Assembly (NCBI RefSeq): GCF_964188315.1
Contig: NC_135655.1
Span: forward strand, 82,646,001-82,710,000
Source: Podarcis muralis
Lineage: Eukaryota
DNA length: 64,000 nt
Direction of reading: 5' to 3'
Shown: in pieces, positions 36,953 through 48,260 of the stretch
Layout of the letters: each line of letters begins with the position of its first letter
How positions within the stretch are numbered: position 1 is the stretch's first letter
Position numbers and translations under genes: made by a program
Notes under the pieces: generated by a model
Seen by the model: the letters and a program-made list of their open reading frames with translations, nothing else
The model's database searches: none
Told to the model about the DNA's origin: nothing

Positions 36953-37122
36953 ATTAATATTACAACATTTTTTTAAAAAAAAAACAGTTTTATTTATAAA
37001 TATCAATATATTGTCCTCAAGGCTTTATGTTATTCTCACTTAAAGCTTAAAAACTACTAAGCATTTGAAATTCTAGCATATTATACTGGAGACAGTTGCA
37101 CATTGCTATCACCTTTAATATA

Positions 37123-37364
37123 CAGTGGTACCTCAGGTTAAGTACTTAATTCATTCTGGAGGTCCATTCTTAACCTGAAACTGTTCTTAACCTGAAGCAC
37201 CACTTTAGCTAATGGGGCCTCCTGCTGCTGCCGCGCTGCCGGAGCACAATTTCTGTTCTCATCCTGAAGCAAAGTTCTTAACCCGAGGTACTATTTCTGG
37301 GTTAGCGGAGTCTGTAACCTGAAATGTATGTAACCTGAAGTGTATGTAACCCGAGGTACCACTG
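37123..37364. mobile_element. Tc1/mariner MITE
   Basis: CAGTGGTACCTC..GAGGTACCACTG, TA TSD. Confidence 0.9.
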
Positions 37365-38107
37365 TATAGAATAATTTTTTGTCATTTAGTTGAAAATGAA
37401 TCTTGTTTTGTTGGTCCTCTAGTGTACCTTAATTTTTCAGCATTTCCTAAGAACCAGTTTATTTCATTTTTCAGCACTATCTATGGACCAGATTGGACTA
37501 GGTCACAAATCCTTATTTAATTCCTCTAAATATGTCCATTTTCTTGCAATAACCCACCCGGGAGGTAGCAATAAGAGCAGATTCAATTATTTATCAAAAC
37601 CATCTTCATTTGACCCATCCCATATCTGCAACAATGCTAATGAAGAGATTAGTAGAAGTTCTTGCTTTGTTATTAAATTAATTCCTACGAACACCATCTC
37701 CCAAAAAGCGGAAATACATGTCTTTGGGTTTTTTACATTTTGGAGACATTTTTACATTTTTGCATTTTGGAGACAGACTGGGGTTAGTGTATGAAAAAAT
37801 TACCAGCGTATAGTTCCACCTAAAGAATATATTGAGTAGAGTCTTGAATCTTTACTGTGATTGATTTCATAGATACCTTGTTCCTTATCATTTCCTATTT
37901 GATGAGGTCAATATCATAACCCAAATACTTTTCCCAACATTTTTGTGATCTGGTTAGATCACCTGTTAGATTAATAAAAGAACAAATGACCAATGCTTTC
38001 CACACTAACAGCAATGATCACATGAGATGAGGGGCTTAGTGTTGGGCTGTGTAACATAGGAAGCTGCTTTATACTGAGTCAGATCACTGATCCATATAGC
38101 TCTACAG

Positions 38108-38428
38108 CAGGGGTAGGTAACCTAAGGCCCAGGGGCCGGATGTGGCCCAATAGCCTTCTCAATCCAGCCAACAGACAGTATGGGAATCAGTGTGTTTTTA
38201 CATGAGTAGAATGTGTCCTTTTATTTAAAATGCATCTCTGGATTATTTGTGGGGCCTGCCTGGTGTTTTTTACATGAGCAGTATGTGTGCTTTTATTTAA
38301 AATGCATCTCTTGGTTATTTGTGGGGTATAGGAATTCATTTTTTCCCCCTTCAAAATATAGTCCAGCCCACTACATGTTCTGAGGTACAGGGGACTGGCC
38401 CACAGCTGGAAAAGGTTGCTGACCCCTG
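38108..38428. mobile_element. hAT MITE with an internal duplication
   Basis: Same family as 2869-3117; perfect TSD CTCTACAG at 38100-38107 and 38429-38436; the ~65-bp segment GTGTTTTTACATGAG..TTATTTGTGGGG is present twice. Confidence 0.9.
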
Positions 38429-40282
38429 CTCTACAGTGACAGATGATAGCTCTCCAAGGTTTCATACAGGGGCCTCTCCCAGCCCTACCTGTAGATGCCA
38501 AGGATTGAACCTGGGGCCTTCAAAATAGATGCTCAAGCATGTCCATGTGCCCTCTTGCCTTTTAGAGGGGATCAACAATGTCAAGTCTGAAATACTGGAT
38601 CAGCTGTTAGGCAGCAAATGGGGCTCTGTATGGACAGCTATTGTCCCGCAGTCTCTTGTTTAAGTCATTGTTCTTTGCATCAGGGCCAAAGAGTTCCAGT
38701 CCAATGCACAATGAATTGGGAATAAGGCCCATTATTGACCCAGCAGAACTTAATTCTGAATAAGCATTGGATTGGGCTGGACAACTGGAAGCAACCAAGC
38801 CCAGTATCATGACCACCTCAACCATGGATGAGGAACCTGTAGCTCTCCAAATATTGTTGGACTCCAACTCCCATCACCCACAGCCACTATGGACAATGGT
38901 CAGGAGTGATGGGAGTTGTAGTCCAACAACATCTGGAGAGCCACAGTTTCCCCGTCCTTGACCTAAGCAAGCCATTCAACATTTTTGTACAACCTTCTCA
39001 CCATGGTCAGAAAGGAAAGAACACATTTTAAATGTGGTTTTTATTATCCTCTTTTTGGCACATATCAAGAACCTGCAGTAGCCGAAACATTAGAGAACTG
39101 TGTGAAGTTATTATCTGTCAATCAGTGACATTGCCAATATGGGCAGAGAGACTCAAAATATCTCTTTTCTTGCACCTTAGTTGCCTCTTATTGATCATGA
39201 TTTGAACCTCTCTCTCTCTTTTCTTTTCTTTTCTTTTTTACTTACCCTTGTTGCCCTCACAATTTGCATTTAGTTTAGCACTGAACACTCATGCCTGAAA
39301 TAAGAGACCTGGAATCTTACAAAATGTTAACCATGTGATTATTCCAGTTGCCTCAGGATAAAGAAAAAGAACCCACAAACTTTTACCCCTTCCCACATGT
39401 TCTGAACCCATCATGACTTTGCCAGTATAATGTCACATCTCAAAATAAAATGGAATTTTTAAAATGGCACTTTGAGGAGTGTTTTAAGAATAAAGAGGGG
39501 AGTATTGTATGTACCTCGATGCAGCATTAAAGAAAGAAAGAAATGAACCATTTGGAAATCCCAATCAACATTTTTTTTAGTGCAATAATAATCAGTGATC
39601 TGTACGCTTCATTACTGTATCTCGCCGTTCTTACCTGGGTGGTCTTGACTGAGGAGTGTACTTTAAGGGTGCTGCTGGGCTGTCGCTTATCTTCAGGTGG
39701 GATTCAACCACATACCAGCAAATTCAGGTTGTGCAATTAAAGTTCGTACACAACAAACACAATGCCCACCCTGCAAATGCAGACTTCTGTGATAAAATGT
39801 GCTAGAAAGTATGTGATAATGTTTGCTTGATGCAATGTTATATAAGCACCTCACAAAGAAATCAGCATGATTGTTCAATAGAAGGCAGGTGTTGTGTAAC
39901 TTCCCTGAAAAAATTGTGCAAAAAATAAACTGGTCCTCTGGAAGAGATCCTATTTCACGATCTGCCAGCACTGACAAAGTTTCCTTTATACCTTCTGTGA
40001 CCAAAGTTGCTGCATCTCTCTACCAAGTTTATCTGTTCTTTGCTTCACTGAACTGCTCTGCAATTCCACCAACTGACATCTGTCCCAGTGCTGGTGACGC
40101 AGGCCAAATCCCCCTCTTGAGAGCAAAAGACCAGCTGAAGCTATTGACTCGATATATTTATCTCAAATCACTGCTGCTTCTACAAAATCTTTGGGAAGGT
40201 TGTCACTCCTCTCCTTATTCTGAACTGAAATATTTGCATGTGATAATGCCCTGCAAGAGCACATCATCGTCATCAATTTAGT

Positions 40283-40299
40283 TAATAAGCTCTCAAAAG
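40283..40299. promoter_or_regulatory. Candidate homeodomain + O/E composite site for the OR at 34801
   Basis: TAATAAGCTCTCAAAAG in a block resembling 21550-21770 (shared GACCAGCTGAAG); minus-strand donor CAG|GTAAGA at 39634. Confidence 0.45.
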
Positions 40300-40839
40300 A
40301 ATATAGACGTTTCCCAATAGAAAAACGTTCATGAGGAAGCAATGCAAAACTTTTTTTTAAGACACAGGACAGAAATATCAATCAAGGTTTTGTTTTTTCT
40401 ATCATTATCCCCTTTTCATTTTTAGAAGTTAGAACAGAAACTCCAGAGTTTGGTTCATTCTCTGGTACTGCTCTGATGTTTAAAGTCAAGGCGACTTGTG
40501 ACATGATGGACGTTTATAAAATGATGCATGGCATGGAGAAAGCTTTTTCTCCCTCTCTTCTAACACTAGAACTCATGCACAACCAATGAAGCTGAATGTT
40601 GGAAGATTCAGCACAAATAAGAGAAAGTGCCTGTTTAGACAGTGCACAGTTAAACTTTGGAGCCCACAGGATGCAGTGATGGCCATCAACCTGAATAGCT
40701 TCAAAAGAGGATTAGGTAAATTTATGGAGGACATGACTATCAATGGCTACTAGCCATGATGGCTATGTTCCCACTTCACTGTCAGAGGCAGTATGCCTTT
40801 GAACACCAATAACTTGGTTTTACTATGTTTTTATATGTA

Positions 40840-41079
40840 CAGTGGTACCTCAGGTTAAGAACTTAATTCGTTCTGGAGGTCCGTACTTAACCTGAAACTG
40901 TTCTTAACCTGAAGCACCACTTTAGCTAATGGGGCCTTCTGCTGCTGCCACCACTGGAGCCCAATTTCTGTTCTCATTCTGAAGCAAAGTTCTTAACCTG
41001 AAGCACTATTTCTGGATTAGTGGAGTCTGTAACCTGAAGCATATGTAACCTGAAGCATATGTAACCTGAGGTACCACTG
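40840..41079. mobile_element. Tc1/mariner MITE
   Basis: Same TIRs as 30495, TA TSD. Confidence 0.9.
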
Positions 41080-41778
41080 TACTGTAAGCCACCCAGAGTG
41101 GCTGGGGAAATTCAGCCAGATGAGTGGGGTATAAATAATAAAATTGTTGTTGTTGTTGTTGTTGTTGTTAGTGAGCCCAGTGCTGTTGCATTTGTGCCCT
41201 GTTTGCAGGCTTCCTATATGCATCTGCTTGACCAATGTGACTACTAATTTGGGCTTATAGAACCCACAGCAATACAGGAAGGACGTCATTTCTCTCCAAA
41301 ACCTGGTAGAGGAGTTGAGTGAGAACACACATTGAATCCTATCTCAAATGTGTGTAGAAGTTTTCTTTCTGGTGTTTCAGTATCTAATGGAGTTATCCCC
41401 TTACAAATGAACACATTTATAGACAGTACGCCTAAGTAGCAAGTGAAAACCAAGGTATTTATTTATTTATTTATTTATTCATTCATTCATTCATTCATTC
41501 ATAGCATTTTTATCCTGCTCTTCAACCAGAAAAGGCTCCCAGAGCAGCTTACAAATGTCAGTGATAAGATAGTCTTGCCCTCAAGTTTACAATCTAAAAC
41601 ACATAACACAAAAGGGATTGGAAGATTCAGGCACTGTTTCTTAATTACAGAGTTCTTGTAAACACCAGCTGGAATGGAAAGAGTTCAGGGGAAGGAGCAG
41701 CCCAGTTTTGTTGATCTTTCCACAGAATGGCTGGAAAGCCTTGCAATCCTATCTCTCTTTTCGTTTTGTAGCCTGATG

Positions 41779-42045
41779 CAGAGGCTGACTGAGGGCACAA
41801 CCAGTTCTACTGCACTGGGCGCCAAGCCTAGGAGGCGCCGCAGGGCATTACAACTATGATGTAGTGAACTGAGCAGAGTGGAGGCAGGGGGTGCCAAGTT
41901 TTGGGCTCACATAGGACACCACTGACATTTGAAAGACCAAAGTCCGTGCCTATCTGGTGGAATTTGTTTAGACAAATAATCCTTTCGAACTGGTTCATAC
42001 TGATTTTCTATTCCGGTGCCCAACCAGACTTAGCTGATGCTCCTG
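41779..42045. mobile_element. Old hAT-like MITE
   Basis: Degenerate termini CAGAGGC / GCTCCTG; flanks GCCTGATG / CTCTGATC match only partly; 41779-41885 recurs inverted at 30815-30921. Confidence 0.4.
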
Positions 42046-42115
42046 CTCTGATCAATGTAACTCTGCCACTGAGTGTGGCAATAACACTTTGCAGAATGCA
42101 ACCATCAGTTAGATT

Positions 42116-42116
<1 letters not shown>

Positions 42117-42162
<46 letters not shown>
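42117..42162. repeat. (AG)n microsatellite
   Basis: Read directly from the sequence. Confidence 0.95.
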
Positions 42163-42164
<2 letters not shown>

Positions 42165-42248
42165 ACTTGTGCACCATCTACAACCATTCCTGGACAGGGC
42201 TAGTCTTGCTAGGGTGGCACATGAACTGGTAACCTCATGATTAGACTA

Positions 42249-42490
42249 CAGTGGTACCTCGGATTAAGAACTTAATTGGTTCTGGAGGTCAGTTCTTATC
42301 CTGAAGCTGTTCTTAACCTGAGGTGCCACTTTAGCCAATGGGGCCTGCCGCTGCCACCGCGCCATCGCTGTGCGATTTCTGTTCTCCTCCTGAAGCAAAG
42401 TTCTTAACCCGAGGTACTATTTCTGGGTTAGCGGAATCTGTAACCTGAAGTGTCTGTAACCTGAAGTATCTGTAACCCGAGGTACCACTG
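42249..42490. mobile_element. Tc1/mariner MITE inside an L2 remnant
   Basis: Same TIRs; TA on the left, CA on the right. Confidence 0.85.
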
Positions 42491-42578
42491 CACCCATGTG
42501 CCTAGTTCAGAAGCTGCAACTAGTTCAAAGTGCAGCTACCAAGGTACTGAGTCACATAGTTGTACACACATTACACCA

Positions 42579-43060
42579 TGTCAGGGACATTCCTTCCCAG
42601 AGTGACAGTGAGGGCTCTGAGGACCAAGGAGGGGTGGCAGGCAGAAAGAGACAGAGACTTGCTTTCTTCCCATGCGGAGAGTGAGACGAGCCCCTCCTGT
42701 CCTGGAATGCATGTCGTAAATTCCCAACACAGTGTAAGGCAGGCAGAGGGGCCACAGCTCTCAGACCCGTTCTCAGGGGAGGAGGGGCAAACTGGACAAG
42801 CTGCTCCTAAGTCTCCTTGTACTAGGAGGAGGAGTAGAGTTCAGGCTTGGCGTCAGGCCAACAGAAGGAGGGGCAGCCAATGGAGGATATCCTGTTGGCG
42901 AAGAGCCTGCCCTTCAGTGGGCTCAACTGACCCATCTAGTGAGGAAGATTGAGCTGTGTGCTCGGACTGAAACTACTGTGTAAATACCAATAAATCTGAA
43001 CGTTAGAAAACCACCAGCTTGCCGTCTCTTGGTATGAGAGGGAGATCGTAAATCCTGACA
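42579..43060 (+). mobile_element. Solo LTR (Ty3/Gypsy- or BEL-like), 482 bp
   Basis: Termini TGTCAGG..CCTGACA; 5-bp TSD CACCA at 42574-42578 and 43061-43065; AATAAA near 42988. Confidence 0.9.
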
Positions 43061-43266
43061 CACCAGAGCTGAAAAATCTGCACCAGCTGTGTTTTTACTA
43101 CTACAAGCTCATCTACACACCCACTTGTCCCATTCCTAGAAAGCATGGGTCCAAGCAGTTTTTTCGCTTGCCCTGTGCTTTCGGGGCATGGGTCCAGGTG
43201 GTTTTGCCCCACTGGATTTCTATGTACCTTATTTAACTAAATTAATGACTTAAATGATGCTAAAAT

Positions 43267-44223
43267 TCAAATTTTTGCTTTCTCACTTGAAGTCACTTTC
43301 CTCCTCCATAGTTTTCTCATGGCATTCTTCATCTCCGCATTTCGTAATGTGTAGATCAATGGGTTGAGCATTGGGGTGATCACGGTGTAAAACACAGCCA
43401 CCGACTTGTCTTCTGCAAAGTCACTGGAAGGGCGTATGTACATAAAGGTGCATGGTCCAAAAAATAAAATGACCACCAAGATGTGGGAGGCGCAGGTAGA
43501 CAGAGCCTTCTGACGCCCTTCGGAAGAGCGAGACCTCAAGGAGACCAAGATGACAATGTAGGAGATAACCAGGATGATGAAGCAGCCCAATGCAATCATC
43601 CCACTATTAGCCACCACAATGATGCCAATAATGTAGGTATCTGTGCAAGCCAGTTTCAGTAAAGGGTGGACATCACAGAAATAGTGGTCAATTTCATTGG
43701 GTCCACAAAAGGTGACCTGAGTGACGGAAAGGGTCTGCACCAATGAATGCATGAGCCCTCCAACCCACGAGGCTGCTATCATCTGCCCACAAACCCGCTT
43801 GGTCATAATGGTGGTATAGTGGAGAGGTTTACAGATTGCAATGTACCGGTCGTACGCCATCACTGTGAGGATGAAGATTTCTGTGCAGCCAAAGAAATGG
43901 ACACCAAAGAGCTGCGCTATGCAGCCAATGAAGGAAATGGTTTTCTTTTCTACAAGGAAGTCTATAATCATTTTGGGGGCCGTGACAGAGGAGTAGCAGA
44001 TGTCTACAAAAGATAAGTAGCTGAGGAAAAAATACATGGGAGAATTCAAGCGGGAGCTGAAGATGATGGTGACTGTGATCAGGGAGTTTCCCAGCACAAT
44101 GGCTAAATAGAAGAACAGAAAAACCACAAAACAAATTTTCTCCAGCTCCTCATTTTGGGTGAAGCTGAAAAAGATAAACTCTGTCACATTGTTTATGTTC
44201 TCAGCTGGAGATTTGAGTTCCAT
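43267..44223 (-). CDS. Olfactory receptor, family 4-like, intact (318 aa; type B')
   Basis: All OR4 motifs present; closest to the 24070 gene; acceptor TTGTTTCTGCAG|GTGAT just upstream. Confidence 0.96.
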   Translation of the reverse strand: MELKSPAENINNVTEFIFFSFTQNEELEKICFVVFLFFYLAIVLGNSLITVTIIFSSRLNSPMYFFLSYLSFVDICYSSVTAPKMIIDFLVEKKTISFIGCIAQLFGVHFFGCTEIFILTVMAYDRYIAICKPLHYTTIMTKRVCGQMIAASWVGGLMHSLVQTLSVTQVTFCGPNEIDHYFCDVHPLLKLACTDTYIIGIIVVANSGMIALGCFIILVISYIVILVSLRSRSSEGRQKALSTCASHILVVILFFGPCTFMYIRPSSDFAEDKSVAVFYTVITPMLNPLIYTLRNAEMKNAMRKLWRRKVTSSEKAKI

Positions 44224-44590
44224 ATCTAGATCACCTGCAGAAACAAGTAAGGAAGATGCTCAGAAACTGGCATGTCATTTTCAGGATCCCCCTGGTTTTA
44301 TGACAATCAGATGTTGGAGGTAGCAGAGTGAAGTCATCCATAACAGTCTCTGGCTATATATATATCAATGCAAGTAAAAAGTGCTAGCATGCCAGGAAGG
44401 AAGCCTTGCCATGCAACTCCATATTAAAGGGATGGGGAATCCATCACCCTCTGTTGGATTCCAACTCCCAACCAGCACGGACATCCCTCAATGGCAGTTG
44501 TACACAAATTAGTTAACTAGGGTTGTTGTTTTTAAAGGAAAGAGGATTTAAATCAGCAGCTCCTTAACAGTAGCTGAACTCAGGAAGGTA

Positions 44591-44921
44591 CCGTATATAC
44601 TCGAGTATAAGCCGACCCAAATATAAGCCGAGGCACCTAATTTTACCACAAAAAACTGGGAAAACTTATTAACTCGAGTATAAGCCGGTTCACCACACCA
44701 CAAACCTGGTGGTGGTGGCAGTGGCGGAGGAAGAACAAGCAGCCCAAAAGGGCTGCTTTCGGGCTGCTCGTTCCTTCGCCGCCACTACAGACAGCAGCAA
44801 AGGAGGAGGAGGAGGAGGAAGGAGCAGCCCAAGAGGATCCTCACTCGAGTATAAGCCAAGGGGGGCTTTTTCAGCATAAAAAATGTGCTGAAAAAGTATG
44901 CTTATACTTGAGTATATACAG
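44591..44921. mobile_element. Tc1/mariner (Tc2-like) MITE
   Basis: TIR CCGTATATACTCGAGTATAAGC / GCTTATACTTGAGTATATACAG; TA on both sides. Confidence 0.85.
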
Positions 44922-45064
44922 TATTTCAGCTTATTTTTCACTTTCTGAATAAGAAGCTGATTTAAATCCCCTTTTCTTCTCTCTTTTTAAAATTACCCAT
45001 TAACTAATGCATCCGTAATAGTCAATTCTGCTCTTCGTTTATTTGCAAATCATACAGTTAGAGC

Positions 45065-45359
45065 CAGGGCTGTCTTAAGCATATGTGGTACCGGGGTGCA
45101 AAGATCCGCCTGGCGCCCCCCCCCCCCTCCAGGTTGCCCAGTCCCAGGCGTGCAGGAGGGCACAGCCGGCCGGCCGCCTCAGCGTCTTGCTGGCTTGGTC
45201 GCCCCCGAATTCGCAGAAAAGCCTGCTGTGGCGTTCCAACCGACGGGTGGGCTCTTCCCCAGACTTAACTCTCAGGCCCCGGACTCTCGGCCTGGCATCC
45301 CTGAGAGCCCGGTGCCCGGGTGCCCCGCACCCCTGGCGCATATGGGTAAGATGGCCCTG
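45065..45359. mobile_element. hAT MITE
   Basis: TIR CAGGGCTGTCTTAAGCATATG / CATATGGGTAAGATGGCCCTG; TSD GTTAGAGC. Confidence 0.9.
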
Positions 45360-45633
45360 GTTAGAGCAGAAATCTTCAAATGCACCTGGTGCCTTAAGTT
45401 TACAGTATTATTTACTAAAGTGAAATAAAGAGGCAATGGGAAAGAAATAAAGGACTTGTTCACACTGTAGCAAAATGTGGATTTGCACCTGCTTGTCTTA
45501 CCATTAATACAGGAGTGCCCACATGCCCATCCCAGTGGTGTCCTGGAACTTTTCCCCAACCCTTTAAATGGGGGGGGGGAGCAGTCTTAGATGTTTTGGA
45601 CTTTCCAAGAATAGAAAGACACTGCGTTTAGAG

Positions 45634-45926
45634 CAGGACCAGATTTAGGTTTGATGAGGCCCTAAGCTACTGAAGGTAATGGGGCCCTTTATATGTCAAC
45701 AACATATTGTCGCTGTTTTTGTGTTGAATATATGCTACATAGTAATTTATGGCTCTAATAGGTATCTAAAGCCATTTGCTATCTGTAGGTTTTATTTTAT
45801 TTGTTTTTTATCTTATATTTTGGAAATGTACATCCAGGTTATTTTTCTTTAACTTTTTGGGGGGGGGGCCAAGAGAGTGGGGCCCTAAGCTATAGCTTGT
45901 TTAGCTTATACATAAATCAGGCACTG
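45634..45926. mobile_element. hAT MITE
   Basis: Termini CAGGACCAGATTTA / TAAATCAGGCACTG; TSD GTTTAGAG at 45626-45633 and 45927-45934. Confidence 0.85.
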
Positions 45927-46016
45927 GTTTAGAGAGGGAAAGGTCTGAGACAACATTGATGTCTTGTGGATGCACCTATGTTAATGGGAAGACTACATTA
46001 ATGGCAGTGACCCTTC

Positions 46017-46203
46017 ATGGATCACTGCCTTGCCGTGGCGAAGGGGCTTGAATAACTCAGAGAAGCTATGAGCTATGCCATGCAGGGCACCCAAGGTGGA
46101 CAGGTCATAGTGGAGAGTTTTGACCAAACGTGATCCACCTGGAGCAGGAACCGGCAAGCCACTCCAGTATCCCTGCCAAGAAAACTCCATGGACAAAGAC
46201 AAC
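46017..46203 (+). mobile_element. BovB/RTE 5'-region fragment
   Basis: GGATCACTGCCTTG..CTATGAGCTATGCCATGCAGGGCACCCAAG..GGTCATAGTGGAGAGTTTTGAC..GGCAAGCCACTCCAGTAT resembles the BovB 5' end as I recall it. Confidence 0.65.
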
Positions 46204-48243
46204 AATGGGAAGACAGGCAAGTGTAAATCCACATTATGCTCCAGGGTGGGCAAGCCGGAGGAGGAGGAGGAGGTGAAAGAGGAGTTGTCAGAAGAGAACT
46301 GGGACAGAACCAGAGCAAGGCATCCACCACCCAATGTCAGCACACATTACCTGGTCATTTTGGGCTTTCCACACATTAAAAAATCTCTGCATTTAAAGGT
46401 AGGGAGGTCCAGGACAACAAATGGGAGGAAGAGGGCATCATGTGCACATACAAAAATTAATGAGGAAACAAACCAGACAAATAGACATTTTTCTCTAGTG
46501 TGAACAAGCCCCTAGAACGTGCTGATTTTAACTGGGATTTTTTGCTGTGCTTTTATGCAACTCGGTGGTGCAGCTAGAAAATTTTAGACACTGAACTTAA
46601 CAGGCTTCATGGAAGGGAGGGGATCCTTTCGCTAATGACATTTATTACTTCACTTTCAAAGCACACAATTAATATTTTTTTCTTTCCTCTACCTCCACTA
46701 TTGTTATTCCATGCTTTGCAGCTGCTTCCACATTCCTGATATATTAGAGAGAGAGAGAAAATAAAATGTTTGCCCATCTGAGAACAGCAACAAAAAGACT
46801 CTGTGCATGTCATTTCACATTTTGAAAACTCAGTTAAATCATAGCAGCATCATGAGATTGTGCAATTAGGAATAAAGTGAAGTTTACTTACTGCTGCAAA
46901 ACAAATAGGACTACTCCAAACTGGAAGAAAACGTGGTCCCCATCCCAGAGTTCTTCATGACCTTCCCCACTTTAAAGGCTGGCTTTTTCTGATTCATACT
47001 TTCCAAGGATTCTAAAGCCCCACATTTAAAGAGGGAAATGTCCAGGACACCACTGAGATGGGGAGGGCATCATATGGGGCCCCTATATTAATGGGGAGCC
47101 AGGCCAGTGCAAGTCCACAATTTGCTCTGATGTGGACAAGCCAGTTTACTTGGGAATTAGCACTATTCTGGATAAAAATTGTAATATGCATGCCTAGCCA
47201 GCTACACCCCGATTGTAATTTTAAAAAATAAAAATGGGTGGACCACAGCATGCTATTGCAGGGACTGATGCCAGGCACATTTGCCACTGCTGCCATCATC
47301 TGCCACTATCTGGGTGGTCATTTGGGGACCCCTCTGGACTTCACCCTCAAGGTCAGGCATAGATGTTATTGTTGTATAGACCTGTAAAGCTAATCTTTTA
47401 GCATGTTCCCTTATATTATTAAGACCTGTCTGATATGTTGTGCATTTGGGAATCTAAGAGATGTTGGAAAGAGAATCTGGGCTGAACAGCCAGATTACCA
47501 AACAAAGAGTGCACACACACAGAGTCCCTTTTTCTCCCTTTGAATGTCTTAAAATAACAGCCAAAGTTAAGCACTTTTAAGTATCATTGAGTACAATGGG
47601 GTTGATTAGGAACTTGTCCACATATACATATACACATACACATACATACAGAGAGCTTAAAAAGAGAACGCATCCCTTCTGCAACAGTATACCTTGCTTG
47701 TATTTGCAGCTGTTGATAGCCGTGTGTGGTTCTTTCAAGGTTGCCTTTGGAGTTTCTCACTATCTTGACATAATGAGTTGAAAGCAAAAAGCATCTAGAC
47801 TAGGGGATATGAAGCCCGATGCAGAGCCATTCACTTTTATGGCACTGGATGGTAAATGGGCAAAAGAAAACAATAATCCTGAAATGTAGAATTCTCTTCT
47901 TCACTCAAAAGAGTAGTTCATAGTAAGGAGGACTCTTCTAAACTGAATTCCTTCCCAATTAATAAATCAGCTATTCTGTACCAAAGGGAGGGTGACTGAG
48001 CATCTTCAATGATTACATTTTTATATGCAGTCATGGAAAAGCATAATGGTTTCTCAACTTCCCTCTTTTGGGGGGTGGGAGGGGTTGTGCGGAGATGTTC
48101 CTTCGCCTTCATGTGGGACTATATCAAATCTACCCACTTTGAATCTCTGGGGAGGTGGAGTGATAGGGCAGTGATGCAACTATCCAATTTGCAGAGTATG
48201 ACGTGAAACACGTCTGATGCTAACAAGATAGCCTAAACCTGGA

Positions 48244-48260
48244 TAATAAGATCCCAGGGG
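48244..48260. promoter_or_regulatory. Candidate homeodomain + O/E composite site, possibly for the OR at 44223
   Basis: TAATAAGATCCCAGGGG, with the same spacing as the 21691 and 40283 sites. Confidence 0.45.
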
